Positions 40,550 through 50,639 are shown, counted from the first letter of the stretch. The stretch: 54,016 bases of DNA from Rhodothermales bacterium (GCA_041609895.1 JBFIPX010000003.1:1-54016); one strand, 5' to 3'. Notes: generated by a model from the letters alone, not told the origin. Numbers and translations: made by a program.

Positions 40550-42127
40550 CTATAGAAAGATGCGTACACCAAGCGATGCTCTTCCCCTCGAGATCTCCTC
40601 GTCCACCACGGGACCACCTACAATGTTGTAGGGAGTGTATCGGTCGTCAAACCGTTCCTGCGACAACGCGAAGTCGATAGCGAACTGCCGGTCTCGCACA
40701 TAGCTGAACCCGGCTGACACGAATGTCCTGTCCCGATCAACGGTCGTCGGATCGCTCTGAAGGTCGGGGCGAATGTCTCTCGGGTCCGGACGGAAACCGA
40801 GGCCTCCGCGTACGACGAAGTTGCCCAGGGCATATTCAGCACCGATGCGGGTGTTGACTACCTGCTCAAGATTCTGACTGATGTCCTGGTTCTCCTGCAC
40901 GAAGTCGAACCCGTCGGCATCCAGCTCGAGCTGGGACCAATCCACGAATTCGGCGTCGGCGAGTATGCGGAGATTGCCGGTACGAAATACAAGCCCGGCC
41001 CCGAGCTTCCACGGTGTGAGGATCTCATAATCGAAACTGCCCGATCCTTCCGATTCTCCGAAGTCGAAGCCGTAGGTGAAGGCATCCCCGTTGTCGAATC
41101 CGGTCTCGAGAAACGTCGCAAAGTCCTCGCTCACCGAGTAGTATGACGGCGTCTCAACGGTGAAGCCCACCCTAAGGTCGCGCGCCGCCTCGAGCGAGAC
41201 ACCCGCCCGGAGATTGACACCCACCAATCGGGATTCGACCGTTTCCGTCCACGTCATGTTGTCAAAATCGATCGTAGTCCCAGAGCCGTCATTGTCGTTA
41301 TTGAAGTCGACCTCTTCAAGTGTGCTGGTGAACTCCCACTTACCGTATGGAATGTTCACCGTGGCACCCACCATAACGCCCTTCGATGCCTCATACGCAC
41401 CGCCGAAACTGAATTCGTGCATGTTGCCTTCTTCCAATACCACGCCCGTCTGACGAACTGTTCCAGTCGTGACGGCCGGGAAGAAGGGCACGTCATCCCC
41501 TGCCTCGTATGCATCTATGTCCAGGTCGATCGCGAACGTCTCGAAACCGATGAATGACAGCGGCCTGGTAAAGAGTGGCGTAAATACATCGTCGCCCGTG
41601 CCTCGCACGCCATCATCGCCTGAACTCACTTCGATCTCGAACTCAGATGGCAATGGCAAGAAGAACTCAGTGGCCGAGTTCACACCATTGTCTCCCGCAA
41701 AAAACAGTTCACGTGAAAACGTCTGTACACGGCTGATCCCTGCAGTCACGACCATAGAGCCACGGCGAGTCGGGACCTTGTATGCATACGCAATGTGGTC
41801 CAGCCCCGTATCGGTGACATCGTTCTCGACAACGCTGCGCGTGCCGGCGACGCTGAAAGCTGCATCGTCAGTCGTGTTAAACGATGTCAGAGATCCGGAG
41901 AACAGCGATCTCTTCAGGTAGCCCAGACCCGCCGGGTTCGTACTGAGCGCCGACAGATCCGCGACGCCTCCGATTCCTGCCCCGCCAAATCCCAACGCAC
42001 GTACTCCCACCGCTGGCTGGCGCTGCGTAAAGCGGAGAGCGTCCTCGCCATCCTGCGCGCTTGCCGTAGTCGGCACCGCCGCTATCGTCAGTGCCATGAT
42101 CGCCGAAACCCATCTTGCGGTTTTCAT
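40550..42127 (-). CDS. FadL/OmpP1-like outer-membrane beta-barrel
   Basis: Signal peptide ASA-Q; DALRF.....G.R..G.GGA...G.ADLSA...NPAGLG hatch motif; long loops. Confidence 0.8.
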   Translation of the reverse strand: MKTARWVSAIMALTIAAVPTTASAQDGEDALRFTQRQPAVGVRALGFGGAGIGGVADLSALSTNPAGLGYLKRSLFSGSLTSFNTTDDAAFSVAGTRSVVENDVTDTGLDHIAYAYKVPTRRGSMVVTAGISRVQTFSRELFFAGDNGVNSATEFFLPLPSEFEIEVSSGDDGVRGTGDDVFTPLFTRPLSFIGFETFAIDLDIDAYEAGDDVPFFPAVTTGTVRQTGVVLEEGNMHEFSFGGAYEASKGVMVGATVNIPYGKWEFTSTLEEVDFNNDNDGSGTTIDFDNMTWTETVESRLVGVNLRAGVSLEAARDLRVGFTVETPSYYSVSEDFATFLETGFDNGDAFTYGFDFGESEGSGSFDYEILTPWKLGAGLVFRTGNLRILADAEFVDWSQLELDADGFDFVQENQDISQNLEQVVNTRIGAEYALGNFVVRGGLGFRPDPRDIRPDLQSDPTTVDRDRTFVSAGFSYVRDRQFAIDFALSQERFDDRYTPYNIVGGPVVDEEISRGRASLGVRIFL

Positions 42128-42298
42128 GATGTTGCACCTAAATCTCATATTATCAATATTTTACTGTCTGTCGAACCGATGCATCGCCCGTGTCGGCAGC
42201 GCACAGAAAAGGCCCGCGCATCGGCACGGGCCTCACCCGACAGCCGCCAAGTCACCGGTCAGTTTTTGTCAGAACGCGGGTGAAAAATCCTGGCGATG

Positions 42299-43837
42299 CT
42301 ATCGCCGGCTCCTGCGACTACTCGAAGATCCGGATGATGAACGTCCCTCACTGCTGCGGCTCTTGCTGCCCGACGAACGATAGGATGGCGAACTGCGGCG
42401 CGTGGGCTGCGACCTGACTCGGTTGCCGCTATTCGATGATCGTGTTCGAGCCGGAGCCTTGTACGTGCTCCTGTCCCGCGACGGGCTGGAATAATTCCGA
42501 TTCCTCGGCGGACTCGAATAGCTGCGATTGCGCGCTGGACTTGAGTAGCTGCCACGATCTTTTGCCGGAGCGTATCGCTGCCGATCCCGCGGAGATCGAT
42601 AGCTTCCATCACTGCCCGACCCATCTCGAGTCATCTGCCGCATCGTCCGTGACGGCGGAATACTCTTGCCCTGCGGCCCGTCAGCGGTTCGGTTTCGAAC
42701 CGACTGACTCCGCTGCCGATAGTCATTCCGATAAGCGTCGCCGGATCGATTGTCATCAGTGCGCGAGTTCGGGCGCACGAATCGCCGGCGAAGGCGACTT
42801 CCATCGTCGCTCGACTTGTCGGATCGCAGACGGTCATTGCTGTACCGGCTCCGGAGGCTTTCTCCTGATCGCCCCGAAGACGGCCGCCTGATGACGCGTG
42901 TACCGCCGTCGTTTCGTGAGCGAGCCGAAGACGTCGTTCCAGACGATGATCGACGACGCGTATCCGTACCGCTCTTCGAGGTAGTCGTGCTACGTCGGCG
43001 GACCGTTCTACCTTCAGAGCTTCGGTTGGTGTCGCGCGTCGTGCGGGCTCGTCCTTCCGATCCGCTGCTGCGCGAACCTGACCGTGTGACACTCCTTGAC
43101 CCCGAGCCCGACCGCGTCACGGCATCCTTGCCGGCCGCAGCTCCACCAGTACGCGTCACGCCCCGCGGGATTACTCCCTTCGTATTGGTACCACTAGTCG
43201 CCGTGCGATCGTAGCCGCGCCTCACCCTTGACCGGTCAACTAGCGAGCCCCTCCCGGCCAGCGAGCGCCGCGGTTGTATGAAACGGCTCCGGTTGCCGTC
43301 TCTGTATTTCGGTGAATGGTAGGCGTACGGATAATGGTAGCCACCGTAGGGGCGGTAGTACGTGTAGTAGTAGGGGTTGTAATAGTACGGGCTATAGTAG
43401 CGATACGGCCTGTAGTAGCTGTAGCGATTTGGCCAGCCGAAGGACAGCCCAAAATAGAACGATGACCCGTAGTAGTATGGATCGTAAAAGAACGGATCGT
43501 GGTAGCCGTAGCGATACGCTGACGAGTAGTACCATGAATCCCAGAATGGATCGTAGCCCGAGTAGAAATACGGGTCACCGTAATACCTGCGGAAGTACTT
43601 GCGGTACGAGCCCGGCGTGTAGTAGTAGTCGTCCTCGTAATGACCATCCTCGTCGTAGTACTGCTCCTCAACGAGATTACCGTCTTCATCCTCGACAATC
43701 ACGACCCGGTCAGGCCTCCGGTCATCGTACCGGTCGGTGGCCGCCAACTGCGTATAACATCCAGCGGTCGTAATCGCCACGGTGAGAGAGGCCAGTATTC
43801 CGAGCTTGGATCGGATAAATCTGCTTGTCTTATTCAT
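42299..43837 (-). CDS. Low-complexity lipoprotein (acidic, Tyr-rich and Arg/Ser/Gly-rich blocks)
   Basis: Lipobox TTAG-C followed by YTQL; compositional blocks visible in the translation. Confidence 0.75.
   Translation of the reverse strand: MNKTSRFIRSKLGILASLTVAITTAGCYTQLAATDRYDDRRPDRVVIVEDEDGNLVEEQYYDEDGHYEDDYYYTPGSYRKYFRRYYGDPYFYSGYDPFWDSWYYSSAYRYGYHDPFFYDPYYYGSSFYFGLSFGWPNRYSYYRPYRYYSPYYYNPYYYTYYRPYGGYHYPYAYHSPKYRDGNRSRFIQPRRSLAGRGSLVDRSRVRRGYDRTATSGTNTKGVIPRGVTRTGGAAAGKDAVTRSGSGSRSVTRSGSRSSGSEGRARTTRDTNRSSEGRTVRRRSTTTSKSGTDTRRRSSSGTTSSARSRNDGGTRVIRRPSSGRSGESLRSRYSNDRLRSDKSSDDGSRLRRRFVRPNSRTDDNRSGDAYRNDYRQRSQSVRNRTADGPQGKSIPPSRTMRQMTRDGSGSDGSYRSPRDRQRYAPAKDRGSYSSPARNRSYSSPPRNRNYSSPSRDRSTYKAPARTRSSNSGNRVRSQPTRRSSPSYRSSGSKSRSSEGRSSSGSSSSRRSRR
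42446..42559 (-). repeat. Four degenerate 9-10 aa repeats (DRGSYSSPAR/NRSYSSPPR/NRNYSSPSR/DRSTYKAPAR)
   Basis: Seen in the translation; DNA copies are synonymously diverged. Confidence 0.7.
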
Positions 43838-44107
43838 CTTCCTGGCCGCGTTTCGGTCGGGTCGCTATCCTTTCTTTACTCATGCGATCCCAACGTTGAT
43901 TGGCATCTTCTGTTTCGTTTTCGACAGCACGTCAAAATCTGCGGGACACTGCGCGGTGATTACCGCTGAAAGTGCCGCCGTTGTTAGCTTGTCTCTCATC
44001 TTGAAGTTCGCGCAAATACCGGGCCGAGCACGAATAACCGCGCCTGAAGCGCGTACATAGCGTCTTTCGGTAGCAGGTGTCCTGCAATTCATTCATGACT
44101 GTACAAT

Positions 44108-45583
44108 ATGGCTGACGCTATCACCTCAAGAGACGAAGACTACTCGAAGTGGTACATCGACGTCGTTCTAGCAGCCAAACTGGCCGATTATTCGCCTGTT
44201 CGCGGATGCATGATCGTCCGTCCGAACGGCTACCAGCTGTGGGAGAACATGCAGCGGGTCCTGGACGGGAGGTTCAAGGAGACCGGCCACGAAAACGCCT
44301 ACTTCCCACTGTTTATTCCCCAATCGTTTCTCGCCCGCGAGGCGAAGCACGTTGAAGGCTTCGCCAAGGAATGCGCGGTCGTGACGCACAGCCGCCTCAA
44401 GGTGTCGGACGACGGCCAGGGACTTGAGCTGGACCCCGACTCGCGGCTGGAAGAAAACCTTGTCGTACGGCCGACGAGCGAGACCATCATCTGGGATTCG
44501 TATCGCAAATGGATCCAGTCGTGGCGCGACCTGCCGATCAAGATCAATCAGTGGGCAAATGTTGTCCGTTGGGAGATGCGAACACGGCTCTTCCTGCGAA
44601 CGATGGAGTTTTTATGGCAGGAAGGTCACACTGCCCACGCGACTGAGAAAGAAGCCGTCGACGAAACGCTGTTGATTCTCGACCTTTACGCCCGTTTCGT
44701 CGAGGACTTCATGGCAATCCCCGTGATCAAAGGAATCAAGACGGAGAGTGAGCGGTTCGCCGGGGCCGTCGACACGTATTGCATTGAGGCGCTCATGCAA
44801 GACGGTAAGGCGCTCCAGGCAGGGACGAGTCACTTCCTGGGACAAAATTTTGCTCGGGCCTTTGACTGCACGTTTCAGAATAAGGACAACGAACTGGAGC
44901 ATGTCTGGGCCACATCCTGGGGGGTGTCTACGAGGCTCATTGGTGCCCTTGTGATGACGCACTCCGACGATCACGGTTTAGTGCTGCCGCCTCGACTCGC
45001 GCCCACACAGGCCGTCATCGTTCCGATCTTTCGAAAGGACGACGAGAAGGAGGCGGTTCTGGCGGCGGCGGACGAGATACGTCGAGACCTTAGAGAGAGG
45101 GGCGTCTCGGTTCGACTCGACGATAGGGAGGGGCAGCGGCCGGGGTGGAAGTTCACTGAACACGAAGTACAGGGTGTTCCGGTTCGGCTCGCTATTGGGC
45201 CACGGGACGTGCAGAACGGGACCGTCGAAGTTGCCAGGCGCGATACCCGGACTAAGGAAACGGTCGCTGCCGGTGGTGCAGGAGACTATGTCGCCAAGAC
45301 CCTCGAAGATATTCAGCAGGCACTCTTTGATCGCGCCGCCGCCTTTCGGTCTGAACACACGACGGTGGTCGACAGCTACGAAGAGTTTAAAGACACTCTT
45401 GACACGAAGGGCGGATTTGTACTGGCGCACTGGGACGGCACTGTCGAGACGGAGGCCCGCATCAAGAACGAGACCAAGGCCACGATCCGGTGCTTGCCAC
45501 TGCGAAACGATGGCGAAGAAGGCATAGACATGATTACGGGTAAGCCGTCGTCGCAAAGGGTCTATTTTGCGCGCGCCTACTAG
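44108..45583 (+). CDS. proS: Proline--tRNA ligase (archaeal/eukaryote type)
   Basis: [42 protein letters not shown] and C-terminal FARAY. Confidence 0.97.
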   Translation: MADAITSRDEDYSKWYIDVVLAAKLADYSPVRGCMIVRPNGYQLWENMQRVLDGRFKETGHENAYFPLFIPQSFLAREAKHVEGFAKECAVVTHSRLKVSDDGQGLELDPDSRLEENLVVRPTSETIIWDSYRKWIQSWRDLPIKINQWANVVRWEMRTRLFLRTMEFLWQEGHTAHATEKEAVDETLLILDLYARFVEDFMAIPVIKGIKTESERFAGAVDTYCIEALMQDGKALQAGTSHFLGQNFARAFDCTFQNKDNELEHVWATSWGVSTRLIGALVMTHSDDHGLVLPPRLAPTQAVIVPIFRKDDEKEAVLAAADEIRRDLRERGVSVRLDDREGQRPGWKFTEHEVQGVPVRLAIGPRDVQNGTVEVARRDTRTKETVAAGGAGDYVAKTLEDIQQALFDRAAAFRSEHTTVVDSYEEFKDTLDTKGGFVLAHWDGTVETEARIKNETKATIRCLPLRNDGEEGIDMITGKPSSQRVYFARAY

Positions 45584-45631
45584 AACCCGACTTCGCGGGT
45601 TAGAATCGCGGGGCCGGTAGGCACCGGCTCG

Positions 45632-46315
45632 TTGAACACAACATCAGTGGAAGAGCCAGACGCACCGTCAAGGACGCTAGAACGTACCGCACAAACCGTG
45701 GGCTACGTACTCAGCCCTTTGAGCCTCCCGCCAGTTCTCGTGGCCTTCGCGATGCTGTACTTCAAGGCAGGGTCCTCGGAGGTCTTGACCGTGACGACGG
45801 TGGTATTTGGATTGATGACCGCGGGACCGGCGACCGTCCTCGCCTGGATGGTCCGCTCGGGGCAGGCGACGACGGTGCAGGTCGCAGACCAACGTGCACG
45901 GGGCAAGCTTCTCGCTTTCGCGCTGGCCGGCGGGGTCGGCGCGCTACTTGCCATCATGGCTCTCGATCTGTTAGCAGCGCGGTTGTTGATGGTCTTGATC
46001 GGCGCGTACCTGTGCAACGTATTGCTCCTGATTGGCATCAACCGCTTCTGGAAGATCTCTCTCCATGCTGCGGCCATAGCGGGTTTCGGAGCCGCTGCAG
46101 TATTCATCGTCGCAACGCCATGGGCTGGACCGCATGTTGAACTGCCGCTTGTGATCGTCATCGCGGTGTCGATACTACTCGCTGTGACGGTAGGATGGGC
46201 GCGCCTCCGGCAACGGCTGCACAGTCCCCCCCAGGTCGTGGTGGGTTGGCTGGTCGGAGCGCTTGCAACGACGGCGGAGCTGCTGATCGCTCATCGGCTT
46301 GGGATTGTCCACTGA
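45632..46315 (+). CDS. PAP2-like membrane protein
   Basis: Multi-TM; KISLHAA (C2-like) and WARLRQRLHSPPQV (C3-like). Confidence 0.7.
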   Translation: MNTTSVEEPDAPSRTLERTAQTVGYVLSPLSLPPVLVAFAMLYFKAGSSEVLTVTTVVFGLMTAGPATVLAWMVRSGQATTVQVADQRARGKLLAFALAGGVGALLAIMALDLLAARLLMVLIGAYLCNVLLLIGINRFWKISLHAAAIAGFGAAAVFIVATPWAGPHVELPLVIVIAVSILLAVTVGWARLRQRLHSPPQVVVGWLVGALATTAELLIAHRLGIVH

Positions 46316-46452
46316 ATATGACCCCCATGCGCCCGGAACGGCATTCGACCGCGGGCGTAGTCGAGACCAGGAAAACAACGAATCGCATCAGGCAGCATAT
46401 CGACAAACGATACCACGTCGACAAATTGATCAACCCCGGCGCGACCGGCCTG

Positions 46453-48933
46453 ATGTTACGCGCTCTTCTTCTCCTTTCTGTTAGTTTCACGATCATCGTC
46501 CCTTGCGCAAGTGCGCAGAGTTGGGGTGAGGTTCGCGGAATCGTTTCGGATACTACCGGCGCACCGATCTTCGGCGTCACCATAGTTGTTTCCGGAACGA
46601 ATTTCGGGACAGCGACAAACGACGACGGGGAGTATTCAATGCGGCTGCCGGCCGGCGCGTATACCCTTCGGTTCTCGGCGGTCGGCTTCGAGGCCCGCAC
46701 GTCCGACGTAGCGGTGTCGCGGGATGCCTCGACCCGATCCGACATCGTGCTGGCGGAGGCCTCTTTCGAGCTGGACACCATCACAATACAGGAAGACCGC
46801 CTTCCGGACGCGGTCGGTATGTATCGTGTGGAGCCCGAACACGTGCAGAATATTCCAAGCCCGCTGCGCGATCCGCTCAGGGCGTTGAAAGTGATGCCGG
46901 GAGTCGCGACAAACAACGAGCTATCAAACCAGTACTCCGTTCGTGGGGGCGGATTCAATGAGAACCTGCTGTTCCTAGAGGGCTTTGAGATCTTTCTGCC
47001 GTTCCGTCCTCGCCAGGGAGAGCAGGAGGGGTTGAGCCTGCTGAATGCAGACCTCGCCGACGAGATCATTTTCTACACGGGTGGCTTTCCGGCTCGTTAT
47101 GGCGGCAAGCTGTCGTCGGCCCTCGATGTGAGTTACCTGCGGCCCGTAGACCAACGCGTGCAAGGATCGGCCTACGTTTCGCTTCTTGACGCAGGTATTT
47201 CAGCAAGCTCGTCTTCACTCGACGATAGAGTCGGATGGGTCGTGGGCGCACGCAAGGCGCGCGCAAGCAACTTCTTCGAAACGCAGGAACTCAAGGGCAA
47301 CTACGAACCGGACTATACCGACGTCCAGGCAAAGATCGACATCCGACCCGGCGCAGGATTCGACCTCGAACTGCTTGGAATAATTGCCGAGCATCAGTTT
47401 GAGCTGGACCCCAATTCACGGCGGACATTCTTTGGAACCCTGAGCCAGGACCCGCGCCTCGCGCCGAGCAACATCAAGTCGCTGTGGACGCGTTTCGCAC
47501 CGGATAACCGTGAAGAAGACGGCTATCGGACCGCCTTCGGAGGAGTCCGGGTCTCCCGCACATTCGCCAATGGCCTGCGACTGAGTCAAGATTTTTCAAT
47601 CTACGACACCGAGGAGACGGAACGATTCGACCTCGATGGAACGGCGATCCTCTTCCAGGTAGATCCTGGCAGTGAGAATCCGCAAACCGGCGATGGTCAG
47701 ATACCGATCGGGACCTCGCAAACCTCCGACGATGCCGACAACGAGGTAGGTGTCAGGATGGTATCGGGGCAGGGCCGCGCCGTGTATCCCCTGCGTCAGC
47801 ACATACTGGAGGTTGGCTACTTCGGCCGACGGCTTGAATTCCGAGACAGGCTCTCCGAGAAATCCGTGGTCGTCGGGCCGAATCTCGAAGGAGATATCGT
47901 GCGCATCGTAGCGGACAGCCTGAATGACGAGGCGACATTCGATGAGTATGAGGCCGGGGGATACGTTCAGAATGAAATGGATGTCTTTCCCTCCGACCCT
48001 GGCAAACTCAGCGTAACGGCCGGACTGCGAGCCGACTACTTCAGCTTCAATGATGAGTGGACCTTGTCGCCGCGACTCTCGGGGCGCTACCGAATCGACG
48101 AGCTTACCGTACTCCTCGCTTCCTGGGGCATTTACTACCAGGCGCCTGGTTATCGCGAACTCCGCGGCCGACCCGAGCCCGGGCAGTCGATTCTTGGCGC
48201 GCTCAATCGCGACCTGAAATCCCAACGATCCAAACAGGTGGTTCTGGGACTCGAACGCTTCATCCCGAGCCGACGACTCCTTTTTCGCGCCGAAGCCTAT
48301 TACAAAGACCTGCAGAATGTAAACTCATACGACATCGAGAACGTCCGCATTCGCTACGCTGGCAAGAATGACGCGGAGGCCTTCGCCTACGGCCTTGACC
48401 TTCAATTGCGGGGCGAGTTCGTTCCTGGACTAGAGAGCTGGGCGAACTACAGCTTCCTCGTGGCAAGGGAGCGTTTTTTTTCAGCTTTTGTGAACGAATT
48501 GAATGGCGGAGACATTGCCCGCCCTACCGACCAGCGACATACCTTTTCGCTCTTTGTCCAAGACTATATACCGCGAGATCCGACTTGGAAGCTGCACCTG
48601 CGCACGCTCTTCGGAAGTGGACTGCCCTATACACCGCCGATAGCCGGAGAGCAGATCGGCAACATCGTCACACAGGTCCCCGGACCGCGATTCTCAGCGA
48701 GGTACCCGCGATACTTCCGCTTTGACGTGGGTGCTACAAAAAGCGTTGTGGTCTTCGAGCGCGGACTCAATCGGCCGGTCCGACTCGAGATCACCGGGGA
48801 ACTCCTGAACGTATTCAACATGATCAATACGGTGGCGTATTCATGGGTCCCCGACGCTTCAGGAATATGGAACCGCATTCCGACACGACTTACGCCGCGC
48901 ACCATCAACGTGCGGCTTCGCGTACAATTCTGA
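46453..48933 (+). CDS. TonB-dependent receptor with N-terminal carboxypeptidase-regulatory-like domain
   Basis: Signal peptide from ATG 46453; G.V.DTTG.PI.G...GTAT..DG.Y; plug MPGV...YSVRGG; GGFPARYG; terminal Phe. Confidence 0.9.
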   Translation: MLRALLLLSVSFTIIVPCASAQSWGEVRGIVSDTTGAPIFGVTIVVSGTNFGTATNDDGEYSMRLPAGAYTLRFSAVGFEARTSDVAVSRDASTRSDIVLAEASFELDTITIQEDRLPDAVGMYRVEPEHVQNIPSPLRDPLRALKVMPGVATNNELSNQYSVRGGGFNENLLFLEGFEIFLPFRPRQGEQEGLSLLNADLADEIIFYTGGFPARYGGKLSSALDVSYLRPVDQRVQGSAYVSLLDAGISASSSSLDDRVGWVVGARKARASNFFETQELKGNYEPDYTDVQAKIDIRPGAGFDLELLGIIAEHQFELDPNSRRTFFGTLSQDPRLAPSNIKSLWTRFAPDNREEDGYRTAFGGVRVSRTFANGLRLSQDFSIYDTEETERFDLDGTAILFQVDPGSENPQTGDGQIPIGTSQTSDDADNEVGVRMVSGQGRAVYPLRQHILEVGYFGRRLEFRDRLSEKSVVVGPNLEGDIVRIVADSLNDEATFDEYEAGGYVQNEMDVFPSDPGKLSVTAGLRADYFSFNDEWTLSPRLSGRYRIDELTVLLASWGIYYQAPGYRELRGRPEPGQSILGALNRDLKSQRSKQVVLGLERFIPSRRLLFRAEAYYKDLQNVNSYDIENVRIRYAGKNDAEAFAYGLDLQLRGEFVPGLESWANYSFLVARERFFSAFVNELNGGDIARPTDQRHTFSLFVQDYIPRDPTWKLHLRTLFGSGLPYTPPIAGEQIGNIVTQVPGPRFSARYPRYFRFDVGATKSVVVFERGLNRPVRLEITGELLNVFNMINTVAYSWVPDASGIWNRIPTRLTPRTINVRLRVQF

Positions 48934-49709
48934 TGGCAACCGACAAGCCTAAACTGGTGGCGACAAAAAGCCGCACTACTGCTTCAGCCGGGATTGAAAC
49001 CTGGTCGCCTAAACTGGCCTCGCATCGAATGACGATGGTGGCCCTCGCACTCGCGGTGGCCTCACTGGGAGGAGCGATGGACTCCGCCGCTCAAATAGCT
49101 GACGATGTGATTCCACCAACTACTCAAACAGTCAAATCCCCGGCTCGGGCTGCGGCGTTGAGCCTGCTGCTTCCTGGACTTGGCCAGCGCTATGTCAACG
49201 ACGGAAGCTGGAGAGGTTCAGCTACGCTCTTTGCGCTTGCCGACGTGGCGGCTTGGGTTGGTTTGGCGAGAACCGTATCTGTGCGTAACCACCGCATCGA
49301 AAGCTACGAGGCGCTCGCTGCAGCCCGCGCTGACGCTATCGTTGACGGCAAGGACCGTCGCTTCTTCCTGAACCTGGCTACCTACAAGTCGTCCGACGAA
49401 TACCTTGAGACACAGCTCCGAAACCGGGCATGGGATCAGCTCGATTACGTGTCAACGCGGGAGTTCCAGTGGGAGTGGATCACTGACGCCGATTTCTTTC
49501 GGTTTCGGGATCTGCGCGACGATGCGGAATCGTTGGATAGGAGGTCTTCGATCCTCGTTGCGACGCTTGTAGCAAATCGGCTCATCTCGGCGATCATCGC
49601 GGTTCGGGCGGCCGGGAGATCCAGATCGGAGGCGCGGGCGGCCGTGTCCGTGTATCCACCGACGAGCGGCCAGCATGTCCCGGGTGTGCGGCTCCGGTTA
49701 CGTCTATAG
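48933..49709 (+). CDS. Envelope hypothetical protein (DUF5683-like N-terminus)
   Basis: TGATG coupling to the receptor; signal-like segment; KSP.RAA.LSLLLPGLGQ.Y. Confidence 0.65.
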   Translation: MATDKPKLVATKSRTTASAGIETWSPKLASHRMTMVALALAVASLGGAMDSAAQIADDVIPPTTQTVKSPARAAALSLLLPGLGQRYVNDGSWRGSATLFALADVAAWVGLARTVSVRNHRIESYEALAAARADAIVDGKDRRFFLNLATYKSSDEYLETQLRNRAWDQLDYVSTREFQWEWITDADFFRFRDLRDDAESLDRRSSILVATLVANRLISAIIAVRAAGRSRSEARAAVSVYPPTSGQHVPGVRLRLRL

Positions 49710-49717
49710 ACCGGACG

Positions 49718-50110
49718 CTATCCGGCGCGACGCAGAGACTGACCGCCGGAATCCCACGTGCTTCGCAAATCGATAAGCAGGAGGGCCGACATGACGGTCT
49801 GGCCAGGGAAGGACGGCATACTTGAGCTGTACACTTCCTGTACGCCGATGGTCGCCTCGTAGCCTAGCGAGAACGCCTGATTGTAGATCTCGCTGCAGAT
49901 GTCTTCAACCGTCTTGCCGCGGCGATACGCCTCCAACGAAACGGCACGAAGCTGCCCCTCGACGTCGGGTGAGTGTGAGGTCAGGAACTGCAAGACCGGA
50001 GGGAAACGACGCAACACGGGAGTCGGTGAGCCCGCTCGCCGGGCAACCGGCTCCCTGTCGACGCGGCCGCGCTCCCTGGGAGTTCCCGAAACAAATAAGT
50101 CGTAGGTCAT
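49718..50110 (-). CDS. Hypothetical protein (130 aa)
   Basis: ATG 50110 with AAGGA upstream; fills the gap; no recognisable motif. Confidence 0.5.
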   Translation of the reverse strand: MTYDLFVSGTPRERGRVDREPVARRAGSPTPVLRRFPPVLQFLTSHSPDVEGQLRAVSLEAYRRGKTVEDICSEIYNQAFSLGYEATIGVQEVYSSSMPSFPGQTVMSALLLIDLRSTWDSGGQSLRRAG

Positions 50111-50414
50111 GGCTTTCCTTTGCGCAAGGGTGACCGTAGGTATCGGCAGTCGCCAAGTCGTTTTTAAGAGATTGACGCATGATTCAAAGGCAGCAGCGGA
50201 GTTTGAGGGAGCGGGCCGGATATTGTCCCCAGATAAGCCATGGACTCGACGAAACCGGGGACCTCTTCCGTACGGCCGGACGCTCAGCCTGCAGAGATCG
50301 ACCATGCGATCGCCGCTGAAGACAGCCGAGACACGGAAGTTTTGAAGAAGCCGTGCATTCGATCGAGAAGGTCCGTTTCGAAAGCGATGTCAGATCTTTT
50401 AGGGAGCCATTTCG

Positions 50415-50446
50415 TTGTTTGAGGTTCGCGAGCTTTGATATATTCG
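50415..50446 (+). promoter_or_regulatory. Candidate Bacteroidota-type promoter for the tRNA
   Basis: TTG/TTTG followed by TATATTCG (one mismatch to TAnnTTTG), ending 12 nt before the tRNA. Confidence 0.4.
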
Positions 50447-50458
50447 ATGCTCGACCGC

Positions 50459-50532
<74 letters not shown>

Positions 50533-50568
50533 CTGAAGGTGCCGAGTGCGCCTGCAACATGGTACCTC

Positions 50569-50602
50569 GCGCTCCGCCGGTTTCGGTGGAGCGCTTTGTG
50601 TT
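50569..50602 (+). terminator. Hairpin with imperfect U-tract between tRNA-Val and thrS
   Basis: GCGCTCCGCCG-GTTT-CGGTGGAGCGC followed by TTTGTGTT. Confidence 0.6.
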
Positions 50603-50639
50603 ACGATTCGATGCTACCACTTTTTACCTGTACGGAGCC

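Noticed and set aside
43300-43680. Apparent (GTA)n microsatellite or CRISPR-like repetitiveness
   Set aside because: Explained by runs of Tyr codons (TAC) on the - strand; no constant repeat-spacer structure.
46195-46452. N-terminal extension of the TonB receptor
   Set aside because: It overlaps the upstream gene; the signal peptide starts at ATG 46453.
46158-47069. 303 aa - strand ORF
   Set aside because: Antisense shadow of the receptor gene.
50533-50639. T-box or tRNA-mimic operator for thrS
   Set aside because: The leader is about 107 nt with no T-box consensus (TGGNACC in context) or Thr anticodon-like loop; only a terminator-like hairpin.
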